64,000 nucleotides of DNA, from positions 1 through 64,000 of the IMG/VR virus record IMGVR_UViG_3300048599_000435. The stretch is one strand, 5' to 3'. This DNA comes from a virus. The first letter of the stretch is position 1, and the number at the start of each line of letters is the position of its first letter. Both the position numbers and the translations under genes were made by a program. Below are positions 41,443 to 50,420 of the stretch, in pieces. The notes beneath the pieces were generated by a model. It saw only the letters and a program-made list of their open reading frames with translations, was not told the DNA's origin and ran no database searches.

Positions 41443-42408
41443 TTAGACCGGGCCGGTGTAGCCGTAGATGATGTCGTTCCCGTCGGCCCACGGCGGGCAG
41501 CACAGGACCGCGTACCCGGTCGTCGTTTCGCCGTCCTCGTCGTCGGCCGTCCAGTACACCAGGCCGACCGTGTCGCGGTCGCTGTCCGGGACCATCGCCT
41601 TGGCGGTCTCGAACAGTTCGACGGCTTCGACCGGCGGGTTGCGGGGTTCCTTCCAGCCCGGCAGGTTCGACCCGTCGAACTGCCAGCCGGGGTACTCGGC
41701 GGCCAGCCGCTCGTCGTGGTAGACGGCCTTGCACTCCCACCCGTTCGCCACGCACGCCCTAAGGCGGTCGCTGCCGTTCGCCTCGGCCCACGCCGCCACC
41801 TCCTTCGCCTCGCGGTCGGCATCGGCCTGACGCTCGGCCTTCGACGCCGCGTCCCGTTCGGCCGCCAGTCGCTTCCGCTCGGCCTCTTCAAGCTCTTTGG
41901 CCTTTTCCTTGGCGGCGGCCTCGCCTTTGAAGTGGGCCGTCTGCACGCCGAGTTCGGCCATCAGCGCGGCGACGTCGGCGGCACCGGCCGACCCGTCGGT
42001 GAACGGCCGCAGCAGGTCGGCCGGCACCATGAACCCGGCGGTCGACCCGTGCCCAAATTCGCCGGGTCGACTGTTCAGGTTCCCGGAACACCAGTAGGTG
42101 AACTCGTAACAGCCGCCCTTCGTGCCGGTCTTCACCACGAGGTCGGCGTCGTCGTTGAGCATCCAGAACAGTGCCCGGCAGATCGGCTCGTCGGAGTCGG
42201 CCGCGTACTTCACCCGCACCTCTCTGGTGGGGGCCGGCGGCAGCCCGTGGGCCACGCGGAAGTCCACGGCGGCGAGGCCGTCGGCCGGGCAGTCTTTGAC
42301 CTTCAAGCTGATGTCGATGTCCACTTTGAACACGGTCCGTACTCCTGGCACCACCTCGGTGCCGTTCACCCCGTCGGCCGGCGGACCTCCCGCCGTTGCT
42401 CGACCCAC
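41443..42408 (-). CDS. hypothetical protein (central coiled coil)
   Basis: About 310 aa. Start is uncertain (GTG at 42408, or GTG at 42369 coupled to a 24-aa leader ORF). Confidence 0.55.
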   Translation of the reverse strand: MGRATAGGPPADGVNGTEVVPGVRTVFKVDIDISLKVKDCPADGLAAVDFRVAHGLPPAPTREVRVKYAADSDEPICRALFWMLNDDADLVVKTGTKGGCYEFTYWCSGNLNSRPGEFGHGSTAGFMVPADLLRPFTDGSAGAADVAALMAELGVQTAHFKGEAAAKEKAKELEEAERKRLAAERDAASKAERQADADREAKEVAAWAEANGSDRLRACVANGWECKAVYHDERLAAEYPGWQFDGSNLPGWKEPRNPPVEAVELFETAKAMVPDSDRDTVGLVYWTADDEDGETTTGYAVLCCPPWADGNDIIYGYTGPV

Positions 42409-42511
42409 GCCGCGTGAAGGCCGGGTGTGTGGTGGGTCATTCCGTCGTCACTGTCCTCCGCTTGGGGTAGTTGGTACTATTCACTGATCCAGCCAGCGAG
42501 GTCGTCCTGCC

Positions 42512-42988
42512 ATGAGAATCGCCAACCCGTCCGAGACCGGCCACCCGTTCGGCCCCCGCGTCGGTGTACCGCTTGACATGTTCGACAGCGAGGCAGTGGC
42601 GCGGAGGGAGGCGGAGGCAGACGAACGGTACGGTTCAAGTTCGGCCGTGATCCCCGGCGTGCGTTTCGAGGACGGGCACCCGCTCGACCTCCGCACGCCG
42701 GCGGATCTCGGCGTGGTGCGGCACGCGGTCTCGGCCGGCTGGGGGGTGCGGCCGGAGATGAAGAAGGTGGTGGTGGACACCATGATGACGATCCTCAAGG
42801 ACGCGGACATGGCCCGCGACAAGATCAACGCGGCCAAGGTGTTAGTCGCCGCCGACCGGATCGACCAGAAGCAGGCCGGCGGCGGCACCACGGTCAACGT
42901 CGGTGTGAACGTGGATGTCAAGTCGATGACGACCGAAGACCTGGCGAAGATGCTGGCCCAGATCGAGGCGGAAGAGTCCGGGTCGTAG
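42512..42988 (+). CDS. hypothetical protein (lone plus-strand gene in the minus block)
   Basis: Third codon positions are strongly G/C-rich when read codon by codon. The overlapping minus-strand ORF 42481..43161 is Ser/Arg/Thr-rich junk. Confidence 0.6.
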   Translation: MRIANPSETGHPFGPRVGVPLDMFDSEAVARREAEADERYGSSSAVIPGVRFEDGHPLDLRTPADLGVVRHAVSAGWGVRPEMKKVVVDTMMTILKDADMARDKINAAKVLVAADRIDQKQAGGGTTVNVGVNVDVKSMTTEDLAKMLAQIEAEESGS

Positions 42989-42992
42989 TCGT

Positions 42993-43199
42993 TCAGCGGT
43001 ACAGGAACTCGCCCGGTTCCATCCTGTAAATCCGGACGATGGGTCCGACGCCGCTGCCGTGCGGCCTGGCGAGGTGCCGGTCGCAGGCGGCGGTCGCCCT
43101 CTTCTCGGTTTTGTAGTGGCCGATCACGCGGGCCGTCGGACCAACCTGGACCACGGTCCATCGCGTTTCGTCGGTCGGGTTACTGGTTAACTTCTTCAT
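42993..43199 (-). CDS. hypothetical protein
   Basis: 68 aa with G/C-rich third codon positions. Confidence 0.55.
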   Translation of the reverse strand: MKKLTSNPTDETRWTVVQVGPTARVIGHYKTEKRATAACDRHLARPHGSGVGPIVRIYRMEPGEFLYR

Positions 43200-43217
43200 T
43201 GGTCGTTCCTCGGTTGG

Positions 43218-43769
43218 TTATTCTTTGGGCAGGTCGGCGTCGTCGATTTCGTAGAAGTAGTGGGCGGCGTCCTTAATCTTGCAGATCAGTTCTCGCCACT
43301 GTTTGGTGTCGCTCAGGGCGTGGTGGCAGTCGATGACCGACTTGGCCATCTGAGCGGCCAGTTCCGGGTACTCCAGGGCGTCTTCGATATCCGGGCATTC
43401 GACGTACACCTCGGACTCGGAAGACCAGTCGCCGATGATGTACTCGCCGCCGCCGATGTCCCGGTAGACGGCCTGCCCGTTGTTGTCTTGGCCTTCCCAC
43501 GGTTCGGTTCGCAGGACGCGGCCGTCGTCGGCGTCCACATAGGCGGTGGCCCCGCCGCTGAACGCCTCGCGGCTCCACTCGCTGACGCCGTACTGCTTGC
43601 TCCAGCCGGTGCCTGGTCCGCTGGTGGCGAACGCCGGGCCGACGATGCCGGAGGCAACGGTGTATGAGTTCTCGCAGAACTTGTGGATGGCTTTCTCGAC
43701 GCTGCTGGCCCGGACGACATCTGACAGGTCGATGACGACGGTGGCTTTCTGCTTGGCGGTCGTGCTCAT
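43218..43769 (-). CDS. hypothetical protein
   Basis: 183 aa; first gene after promoter P2. Confidence 0.6.
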   Translation of the reverse strand: MSTTAKQKATVVIDLSDVVRASSVEKAIHKFCENSYTVASGIVGPAFATSGPGTGWSKQYGVSEWSREAFSGGATAYVDADDGRVLRTEPWEGQDNNGQAVYRDIGGGEYIIGDWSSESEVYVECPDIEDALEYPELAAQMAKSVIDCHHALSDTKQWRELICKIKDAAHYFYEIDDADLPKE

Positions 43770-43794
43770 GTCTGGCCCTCAGTGGTACGGGGTA

Positions 43795-43822
43795 GTTATA
43801 CACTACTCCATTTGGGAGTCAA
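43795..43822 (-). promoter_or_regulatory. sigma70-like promoter P2
   Basis: TTGACT-CCCAAATGGAGTAGTG-TATAAC. Confidence 0.55.
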
Positions 43823-43825
43823 CCA

Positions 43826-44065
43826 CTATTTCAGTAATTCCTTGATGGCGGACAGCTTCTTCATCGCGTCGTTGGCTTCTTCCTGAGCGGACAGGTAGTC
43901 GCCGTGTGCCTTGTCGTGCAGGGCTTGCAGGGCGTCGGCGACGGCTTCCTGGTGGGTGGCGGCGTGGTCCTGGAGTTCCGGGGTGTCGTCGATGACGCCG
44001 CCGACCTGCCAGTGCCACCGCTCGTCGGCCGGGTGGCTGGGGAGGTAGTCGAGGGTGATTCGCAT
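43826..44065 (-). CDS. hypothetical protein
   Basis: 79-aa ORF of balanced composition. Confidence 0.55.
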   Translation of the reverse strand: MRITLDYLPSHPADERWHWQVGGVIDDTPELQDHAATHQEAVADALQALHDKAHGDYLSAQEEANDAMKKLSAIKELLK

Positions 44066-44067
44066 GT

Positions 44068-44247
44068 CTACCTCTTGGGGTGGTTGCGGTGTTCGTAGTC
44101 GCGGCGGGCGCGGTGTCGGATCAGTTTGCCGTTGTACTCAATCAGGTGTTCGCCGAGGCAGTTGTAGGTGTACAGGGCGTCGGCGACGGACTTGCGGGAC
44201 GGTCGGCCGGCGTGGTGTTCGGGCCGGGTCTTGGTGGCGGGAGTCAC
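44068..44247 (-). CDS. hypothetical basic protein (59 aa, not in ORF track)
   Basis: GTGA-coupled start; G/C-rich third codon positions. Confidence 0.5.
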   Translation of the reverse strand: MTPATKTRPEHHAGRPSRKSVADALYTYNCLGEHLIEYNGKLIRHRARRDYEHRNHPKR

Positions 44248-44495
44248 TTGGTGTCCTTGTTTTTGGTGCCGAGCAGGGTATCGATGTCAACAATTTCTTT
44301 GGTCACGCGATCCCGTTCGGCGTCGATGACTTCGCGGCGACTCATGCGGGAGTCGATGTGTCTGAGCAGGGCCATCCGGACGGCACCGGCGGCGGTCTCG
44401 TGGTCGCCTTCCTTGCAGGTGTCGCCGGGCGGGTTGGTGCGGTAGGTGGTGTGCCCGGACTCGCTGTCGATGTACAGGACGACTTCGATCTGCAT
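44244..44495 (-). CDS. hypothetical protein
   Basis: TGATG-coupled ATG. Confidence 0.55.
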   Translation of the reverse strand: MQIEVVLYIDSESGHTTYRTNPPGDTCKEGDHETAAGAVRMALLRHIDSRMSRREVIDAERDRVTKEIVDIDTLLGTKNKDTK

Positions 44496-44836
44496 CACTG
44501 GCTCTCCTTGAGGGATTCGAGGGCGGCGTCGTACAGGGCTTGGTACGTCGGGTACTTGCCGGCCCAACTCTGGTAGTCGGGGTGCGGCTGGTTGTGCGGG
44601 GCGACTTCGGCCAATTGGTCGCCCCGGAAGCAGGCAGAGCATTTCATCATCCGGCCGAAGATGTAATCCGAGTGCCAGCCGGTGACGCCGTCCCAGTTGG
44701 TCGTACTGACGAACGGTTTGATGTCGTCCTCGGTCTTGTCGGCGTTGAAGTGGAGGAAGCCGAGGCCGACGGGCCGGCTGGCCTGGTACGCGAGCCACTG
44801 CATCCGCAGGGCGATCCGTTCGGGGGTGTGGGTCAT
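44495..44836 (-). CDS. hypothetical protein
   Basis: 113-aa ORF of balanced composition. Confidence 0.6.
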   Translation of the reverse strand: MTHTPERIALRMQWLAYQASRPVGLGFLHFNADKTEDDIKPFVSTTNWDGVTGWHSDYIFGRMMKCSACFRGDQLAEVAPHNQPHPDYQSWAGKYPTYQALYDAALESLKESQ

Positions 44837-44899
44837 TGGTCGTCCCTCGGATGGTTGGCGTCTTTTGTCGGTCTTGCCCGGCCGACTCCGGGTGTGGGT

Positions 44900-45016
44900 T
44901 CAGAACCCGTACTTGGCGAAGGCCCGGTCAACCCAGGCGTCGGCGTGCGGGCGGCGGTTGCGGTACTGGCCGCTCTTGCAGAAGTAGGCGGCGACGAGGT
45001 CTTGCAGGGAAGGCAT
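44900..45016 (-). CDS. 38-aa micro-ORF
   Basis: ATG lies 8 nt after GGAG; G/C-rich third codon positions. Confidence 0.3.
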   Translation of the reverse strand: MPSLQDLVAAYFCKSGQYRNRRPHADAWVDRAFAKYGF

Positions 45017-45036
45017 GTGGAGTCTCCGGTTCGTGG

Positions 45037-45300
45037 TTAGGTGAGCAGGTGGCGGTTGGCTTTGAGGTACGCGATGACGTTCTCGGTGCCGGGGTATCCG
45101 TCGTCTTCCGACGTGTACCCTTCGCCGGGGTGGATGAACTCCCAGATGTCATCTTCGGCGTCACGGGCCATGTCGAAGTGCGGTGTCCCGTCGATGACCG
45201 ACCCCACGCCGTAGGCCAGCACTTTGCCGACGGCCAGCGAGATCAGGTCGGTGTCGCCGTCGCAGTAGACGGTCACGAGGTCGAGCTCGGCAACAGTCAT
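45037..45300 (-). CDS. hypothetical acidic protein
   Basis: 87-aa ORF. Confidence 0.55.
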   Translation of the reverse strand: MTVAELDLVTVYCDGDTDLISLAVGKVLAYGVGSVIDGTPHFDMARDAEDDIWEFIHPGEGYTSEDDGYPGTENVIAYLKANRHLLT

Positions 45301-45303
45301 GGC

Positions 45304-45516
45304 TTACTCCTTGGTGGGTTCGGCCGGCGTGCTGCGGGCGGTCAGCAGGCAGGCGGCGATTCGGCCGGTGCGGGTGAAGTAGTACTGGTGGCCCATGCCG
45401 ACGTTGGCCGGGTTGCCGGCAGCCGGTGCGGCGCGGGCCAGCCCCCACACGCCGCCGGCCCGTTCGATGTTCGCCCGGCATCCGGGGCACGTCACCCGCT
45501 CGTTTCGGTCGCTCAT
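45304..45516 (-). CDS. hypothetical protein with CxxC motif
   Basis: Trimmed to MSDRNERVTCPGC. Confidence 0.5.
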   Translation of the reverse strand: MSDRNERVTCPGCRANIERAGGVWGLARAAPAAGNPANVGMGHQYYFTRTGRIAACLLTARSTPAEPTKE

Positions 45517-45518
45517 CG

Positions 45519-45749
45519 CTATCTCCGGGTGTGTGTGTCGAGGCCGGTTTCCCGGCGGTACAGGTCGATGGTTTCGTCTAGGTCGTCCAGGATCGATTCC
45601 AGCGACTCGCGATAGTCGTCCGTGTCCGCGTCGGCTAGGCACTCGTCGAGGTAGGTGCCGATCAATGTGGCGGCCGAGTCGCCCCGGAACGCCCGCATGG
45701 TCTTGGCGATGGCGTCGGTGAGTGCCGTCAGGGTCGGGTCGGTGGTCAT
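45519..45749 (-). CDS. hypothetical acidic protein
   Basis: ATGA-coupled ATG. Confidence 0.5.
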   Translation of the reverse strand: MTTDPTLTALTDAIAKTMRAFRGDSAATLIGTYLDECLADADTDDYRESLESILDDLDETIDLYRRETGLDTHTRR

Positions 45750-45958
45750 TCGTCGTCCTCCACGTCGATGAGGTCGATGGTGGTGTACGCGGTGCCGTGG
45801 AGGTAGTTCTTGAGGGCGACGAGGCTGGAGAAGATGTGGTCTCCGGGGTCGTTGCCCTCGGCGTACCTCTCTTCGCAGTCCCGCTGTTCGTCGTCCCACA
45901 TGTAGTCAAGCACTCGGCCGATGGCCGTGGCAATGGCCGGGTCGATGTCTTCGGTCAT
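45746..45958 (-). CDS. hypothetical acidic protein
   Basis: ATGA-coupled ATG. The track's N-terminal 235 aa are Arg/Pro-rich read-through. Confidence 0.5.
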   Translation of the reverse strand: MTEDIDPAIATAIGRVLDYMWDDEQRDCEERYAEGNDPGDHIFSSLVALKNYLHGTAYTTIDLIDVEDDE

Positions 45959-46374
45959 GGCTGACCCTCGGTGGTGTCTGGTCGGACGGGGCGGACGTTG
46001 TTGGACAGGTGGAAGTCGAAGTAGAACCACGCATCTTCGGCGGTCGTGTCGCCGGCCGTGGGCGGGTGGCAGTTGAGCTTGCCGGTGAACGGGTTGGCAC
46101 CGTGGATGTCGGCGAACAGGCGGTTGCGGGGGTCGCCGGATCGCCACGGCTCGTAGGCAGATTCCCGCTCGAAGCGGCAGGTTAGGTACGGGTGCTCCGT
46201 GATCTCCACGCGGACGGTGACGGGACAGCCCCACTCGGTCGGCGCTTCGTAGCCGTCGCCGTACCCGTCGGTGAAGCGGGTGAATCCGAGGTCGGACATC
46301 ATCTGCGGCACCATCGCGGCCAGCCGCTTGCGTTCGGCCGCCTTCATGTGTGGCCGGGTCTTGGTCTTGGTCAT
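45955..46374 (-). CDS. hypothetical protein
   Basis: 139-aa ORF of balanced composition. Confidence 0.6.
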   Translation of the reverse strand: MTKTKTRPHMKAAERKRLAAMVPQMMSDLGFTRFTDGYGDGYEAPTEWGCPVTVRVEITEHPYLTCRFERESAYEPWRSGDPRNRLFADIHGANPFTGKLNCHPPTAGDTTAEDAWFYFDFHLSNNVRPVRPDTTEGQP

Positions 46375-46403
46375 TGGTTTTCCTCGGTGGTTTCTGGTGT
46401 TGG

Positions 46404-46712
46404 TTACTTATCGGCGGTGGCGGATAGCAGGTCGAGGAACGGCTTCTCGTCCCTCGCTCCGGTCGTCGCCAGTTCCCAGCCGCGTTCGAGTAGCCAGTCG
46501 TAGGCGACGAGGGCTTGCGTGTTGTCGGCGATCCAGACGAGTGTGCCGCTGGGCCACGCGGAATCGCCTTCCACGTCGAAGGCGCGGAATTCGTCCGGGA
46601 ACTTCGTGTGATCGGCGTCGTCGTCCCCAGAAGAGAACGACCACACGGTTTTGTTTTCCGCAACGCCCACGAGGGTGGCGCTTTCGTAAAGAATCACTCT
46701 GAACCTGTTCAC
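46404..46712 (-). CDS. hypothetical protein (paralog of 50021..50317)
   Basis: GTGA-coupled start. Shares IADNTQALVAYDWLLERGWEL with the other copy. Confidence 0.55.
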   Translation of the reverse strand: MNRFRVILYESATLVGVAENKTVWSFSSGDDDADHTKFPDEFRAFDVEGDSAWPSGTLVWIADNTQALVAYDWLLERGWELATTGARDEKPFLDLLSATADK

Positions 46713-47005
46713 GGCTGGCCCTCGGTGTCGGGTAGTTGCATCGGGTGGAACTGCTGGCGGTCGATGAACGAGTCGTCCCACATGCGGCCCTTGGTGCTGG
46801 TCGTGCCGATGCCGCCGGGCCGGTCGAAGTAGCCGAGTTCGTGGCCGTCGGCGTCCCAGAAGTACACGAGTCCGAGGAACGGGTCGGGCCGGTCGATGCC
46901 GTTGTGGTCCCTCTTCTGGTAGACAGCCACGCTCTGGCGGACGGCCCCCAGGTTCAGGAAGGTAATGAGGGTGTTGCGGGGCACGTCGAACGGGTTGTTC
47001 AGCAC
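46709..47005 (-). CDS. hypothetical protein
   Basis: 98-aa ORF. Confidence 0.55.
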   Translation of the reverse strand: MLNNPFDVPRNTLITFLNLGAVRQSVAVYQKRDHNGIDRPDPFLGLVYFWDADGHELGYFDRPGGIGTTSTKGRMWDDSFIDRQQFHPMQLPDTEGQP

Positions 47006-47015
47006 GGATCGGCCC

Positions 47016-47291
47016 TCACTTGTGGTACGCGCGGTAGTTGTCGATCAGGTCGCGGGCGGCTTCGGCCACCGGCGTGCCGACGGATTGGCAGGTAAGCTGG
47101 ACGGTGTAGTTGTCGATGTCGTCGATGCCGCCGTGCCAGAGGAGCCAGACGCCATCGGGTTTGACGAGTCGGAAGCGGACGTAATACCGCTTCATGAACT
47201 TGGCGGCGTCCAGGGCGGCGACGATGGCCGGCAGCAGGTCGTCTGTACTCGGCAGCTTGTCCGGGTCACAGGACAGTGGTATCTCGGTCAT
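47016..47291 (-). CDS. hypothetical protein
   Basis: Trimmed to MTEIPLSCD. Confidence 0.55.
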   Translation of the reverse strand: MTEIPLSCDPDKLPSTDDLLPAIVAALDAAKFMKRYYVRFRLVKPDGVWLLWHGGIDDIDNYTVQLTCQSVGTPVAEAARDLIDNYRAYHK

Positions 47292-47295
47292 CGGT

Positions 47296-48015
47296 CTAGT
47301 CCTCTTGGTTGGCGGCGACACGCTGCAACGTGCCGTCCATGATGAGCGTCTGGCCGCAACACTGACGACCGAACCACGCGCCATACACGTTGTCTAGCAC
47401 GACTTCGCCGATCTCGCGTAGTTGTTCGCAGAACCACGGGGTGACGCGGAACCACTGGAACACTTCGGCGTCCTCGGCGTCCTCGGCGTTGTCCCGCACG
47501 GCGTTGCGCCAGTCGTCCAGGCCGTCGATGTCGCCGTCGTCGATCATCTCGATGAGCCTGGACTTCGCCGATTCAATGGTGTGTTCGGCCTTCAGGTCTT
47601 CGTCGGTGCAGTCGATGGCTTCAAGCAGTTCGTCTAGGCTCATGGCGAACGGGTTAGGCACGGGCGGTTCGCAGGTCGCACCGTTGTCCTCAAGCCACTC
47701 GCTGCACTGTTCGAGATCCCAGTCGGACGGATCGACGCAAAGGTTCTCCACCTCATCCCAGGTGAACCCGTCGAAGGAGTTCGACAGCAGTTCGTCAACG
47801 AGTGCCGAGTCGCAGCACAGGATTTCGTCGTCGAGGTACTGCTTGGCCCGGAGTTCGATGCGGATCGCCTTCGCGTCCTCGGCACTGGCCGGGGTGCCTT
47901 CCGTGTCGTCGTACCCGTTGTGGGTGCGGAGGTCCGGGCCGTGCGGGTCGCCGCTGTAGTACAGAGTCTTGCCGCCGGGCCAGCACTGGAGAGAGGTCGG
48001 GTGTCGTTCGGTCAT
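47296..48015 (-). CDS. hypothetical acidic protein
   Basis: 239 aa, Asp/Glu-rich. Confidence 0.6.
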   Translation of the reverse strand: MTERHPTSLQCWPGGKTLYYSGDPHGPDLRTHNGYDDTEGTPASAEDAKAIRIELRAKQYLDDEILCCDSALVDELLSNSFDGFTWDEVENLCVDPSDWDLEQCSEWLEDNGATCEPPVPNPFAMSLDELLEAIDCTDEDLKAEHTIESAKSRLIEMIDDGDIDGLDDWRNAVRDNAEDAEDAEVFQWFRVTPWFCEQLREIGEVVLDNVYGAWFGRQCCGQTLIMDGTLQRVAANQED

Positions 48016-48019
48016 GGCA

Positions 48020-48202
48020 TCACTCCGGGTTGTGGGTGGTCGGGTTGAGGCGGACGACGTAGAACTCGCCCCGGTCGTCGTCGTCCGGGAACCGATCGTC
48101 GAGGAACGCGGTGGCCTCTTCCGGGGTGGAGAATAGGGCGTCGGGGAACGGCCGCTTGCCGGCCCAATCTTCGATACCCCACACTTCGCAGGTGTCGGTC
48201 AT
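48020..48202 (-). CDS. hypothetical protein
   Basis: 60-aa ORF. Confidence 0.5.
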   Translation of the reverse strand: MTDTCEVWGIEDWAGKRPFPDALFSTPEEATAFLDDRFPDDDDRGEFYVVRLNPTTHNPE

Positions 48203-48211
48203 GGATTGGCC

Positions 48212-48499
48212 TCAGTTGGTGGTTTTGTGCCAGACGGATTCCACGGACAGGTACGGCTTGCCGAACTGTGGGTGTTCGGGGTTGTCGCCGTGGTACAGGA
48301 AGGACAGTTTCGACACGTCGGCACGGAACACCTTCGCGGCGTCGTACATGGTGGCCCGCGCGTCGTCGTCGGCCGGCGTGAGTTCGTAGGTGAAGAACCC
48401 GCCGGTCGCGGGGTGTCCGGCGGTGCAGCGGGCCACGTCTACCGTCAGGCGGTAGCGGTCGGCGATGCGTTGTACGTCGGGGTGGATTCGTTCGGTCAT
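48212..48499 (-). CDS. hypothetical protein
   Basis: 95 aa; first gene after promoter P3. Confidence 0.55.
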   Translation of the reverse strand: MTERIHPDVQRIADRYRLTVDVARCTAGHPATGGFFTYELTPADDDARATMYDAAKVFRADVSKLSFLYHGDNPEHPQFGKPYLSVESVWHKTTN

Positions 48500-48532
48500 G
48501 GCTTGCCCTCGGTGGTAGGTGATACGGGATAC

Positions 48533-48560
48533 TATATACTATACCCCGTGCGGGATGCAA
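48533..48560 (-). promoter_or_regulatory. sigma70-like promoter P3
   Basis: TTGCAT-CCCGCACGGGGTATAG-TATATA. Confidence 0.55.
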
Positions 48561-48591
48561 GACTAGTTTAGCAGATTCCGCCGGCCACGAA

Positions 48592-48999
48592 TCAGGTGTA
48601 GTCTTCCGGGAAGTACTTCCGGCAGAGTCTATCTTTGTGGTCGGCATCGGTCGGGCACTTGATAGTTACCATCTGGCCGGTTCCGTCATAGATGGTCGCG
48701 CCGAGGATGACGGTTTTGCCGTCGTGGTCGGTGAACAACTGAATGTGTGGTTCCCAAATGCCGTTCAACTCCCTCGTCGTCTCGACTTTGATTCCTTCGC
48801 TGGCGAGGATGAAGGCCAGTTCTTCGCCGTGCATCTGGTTCCGTTCGGTGAGTCGGTCGGCGACACAGGCTATGCAGACGAGAGAGCCGGTGTCCTTGAA
48901 CGCGGCGACGTGCGCCAGTTCTTCGGACGTTAGCCGTGTCGCGTCGGCCAGTTGTGATGCCGGTGTCATCTTGATTCGTCGGCGTCTGGTTGCGGTCAT
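48592..48999 (-). CDS. hypothetical protein
   Basis: TAATG-coupled ATG. Confidence 0.55.
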   Translation of the reverse strand: MTATRRRRIKMTPASQLADATRLTSEELAHVAAFKDTGSLVCIACVADRLTERNQMHGEELAFILASEGIKVETTRELNGIWEPHIQLFTDHDGKTVILGATIYDGTGQMVTIKCPTDADHKDRLCRKYFPEDYT

Positions 49000-49727
49000 T
49001 AGCACACCCCGCCGGTGACGAGTTGGTGCGTCTGGGAACTCTTCTGGCGTCGGCGTTCCAGTTCGGCGGCAATCTCATCGTCGGTGAACTCGGCGAGCGT
49101 GACGCGGGCGACGGTGCGTTTGACTTCGGGCGGGTCGATGAGTCCGAAGTAGGCGGCGATGCGTTCGACCAGCTTGGCCTTCGGGCCGGAGACGGGCAGG
49201 GCGGTATCGTCTTCGCTCATGCCGTCGTTGAGGGCTTCCACGACGTTCCGAAGGGTCGGCTTGTCGAGTGCGTCCTTGCTGGTGCCGGCTGGCAGTTGGT
49301 CGGCCAGTTCCGCGAGACGCTTCAAGGTGGCGGTGCGGTCGATGGTGGTGAAGTCGGTAGCGTGCGGTTCCAGGTCGCCGAGGAAGGCTAGGGTCTCGGT
49401 GAACACGGCGGCCGGGTCCGGCTTGGGTTTCTTCTCCGGCTTCGCCTTGACGGGCTTCGCGGGTTTGGCTTCCGTCTGGCCGCCGAGTTCGACCCACTGG
49501 CAGAACCGTTCGATCAACAGGGCTTTGGGTGCGGCCTTGCCGTCCTTGCTCTTGCTCACCCCGTCGGGCATGAGGTCGCGCAGGTCCGAGACTGGCAGGG
49601 CTTCGAGCGTGGCGGCGACCTGCCCTTGCTGGCCGACGAAGGCGGTCGGGTTGTCGCGGTAGGCGGTGGCTTGGGCGAACGCTTGGCGGCCGGCGGATCG
49701 CCTAGATGGTTTGGCGGTCGTGGTCAT
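48999..49727 (-). CDS. hypothetical protein (Lys/Pro-rich linker)
   Basis: Trimmed to MTTTAKPSRR. Confidence 0.55.
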   Translation of the reverse strand: MTTTAKPSRRSAGRQAFAQATAYRDNPTAFVGQQGQVAATLEALPVSDLRDLMPDGVSKSKDGKAAPKALLIERFCQWVELGGQTEAKPAKPVKAKPEKKPKPDPAAVFTETLAFLGDLEPHATDFTTIDRTATLKRLAELADQLPAGTSKDALDKPTLRNVVEALNDGMSEDDTALPVSGPKAKLVERIAAYFGLIDPPEVKRTVARVTLAEFTDDEIAAELERRRQKSSQTHQLVTGGVC

Positions 49728-49773
49728 GGTCGTGGTCCTGGTATGGGGTGTCGGGTATCTGGGGTGCGACCGG

Positions 49774-49995
<222 letters not shown>

Positions 49996-50020
49996 GGCTT
50001 GCTCCGGGTTGTTGGGTCGG

Positions 50021-50317
50021 TCACTTGCTGGCGGTGGCGTTCATGAGGTCAATGAACGCGAGTCGTTGCGGGTTGTCCGTTTCGGTGTCGAGTTCCCAGC
50101 CGTGTTCTAGCAGGTAGTCGTAGGCTACCAGGGCTTGCGTGTTGTCGGTGATGTATACCACGGTGTCACATTCGGCGGTGTCGGTGTGATCGAAGGCCAA
50201 GAACTCGACCGGGAAGGTTAGCCCTTTGTAGCGGCTCACGATGTCGATGTAGAACGACCAAGCCGGCTCATCGAGTACGGCGAACTCTTTCTTGAAGGCC
50301 ACGCGGAACGGTTTCAT
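50021..50317 (-). CDS. hypothetical protein (paralog of 46404..46712)
   Basis: ITDNTQALVAYDYLLEHGWEL. Confidence 0.55.
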   Translation of the reverse strand: MKPFRVAFKKEFAVLDEPAWSFYIDIVSRYKGLTFPVEFLAFDHTDTAECDTVVYITDNTQALVAYDYLLEHGWELDTETDNPQRLAFIDLMNATASK

Positions 50318-50345
50318 CGGCGTCTACCTCTTGTGGTTTGGTGAT

Positions 50346-50396
50346 TGGACGGGTACGGAGTCGAACCGCACGCACTCCCCGCTTTCTGGGAGTGCG
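50346..50396 (-). other. tRNA-like 3' fragment (T-arm plus acceptor 3' strand, preceded by an 8-bp hairpin)
   Basis: Minus strand reads TGCGG-TTCGACT-CCGTA-CCCGTCC-A. No matching 5' acceptor strand or D-arm was found. Confidence 0.3.
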
Positions 50397-50420
50397 GCAC
50401 CTTGCCCCGGCCGGGTGTTG

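Noticed and set aside
42481-43161. 226-aa minus-strand ORF.
   Set aside because: Ser/Arg/Thr-rich. The plus-strand gene 42512..42988 and the minus-strand gene 42993..43199 explain the region better.
50346-50420. Complete tRNA gene on the minus strand. The same idea was considered for 54341..54420.
   Set aside because: Only the T-arm and acceptor 3' strand are present. No complementary 5' acceptor strand, D-arm or 7-nt anticodon loop could be placed, even allowing a long variable arm.
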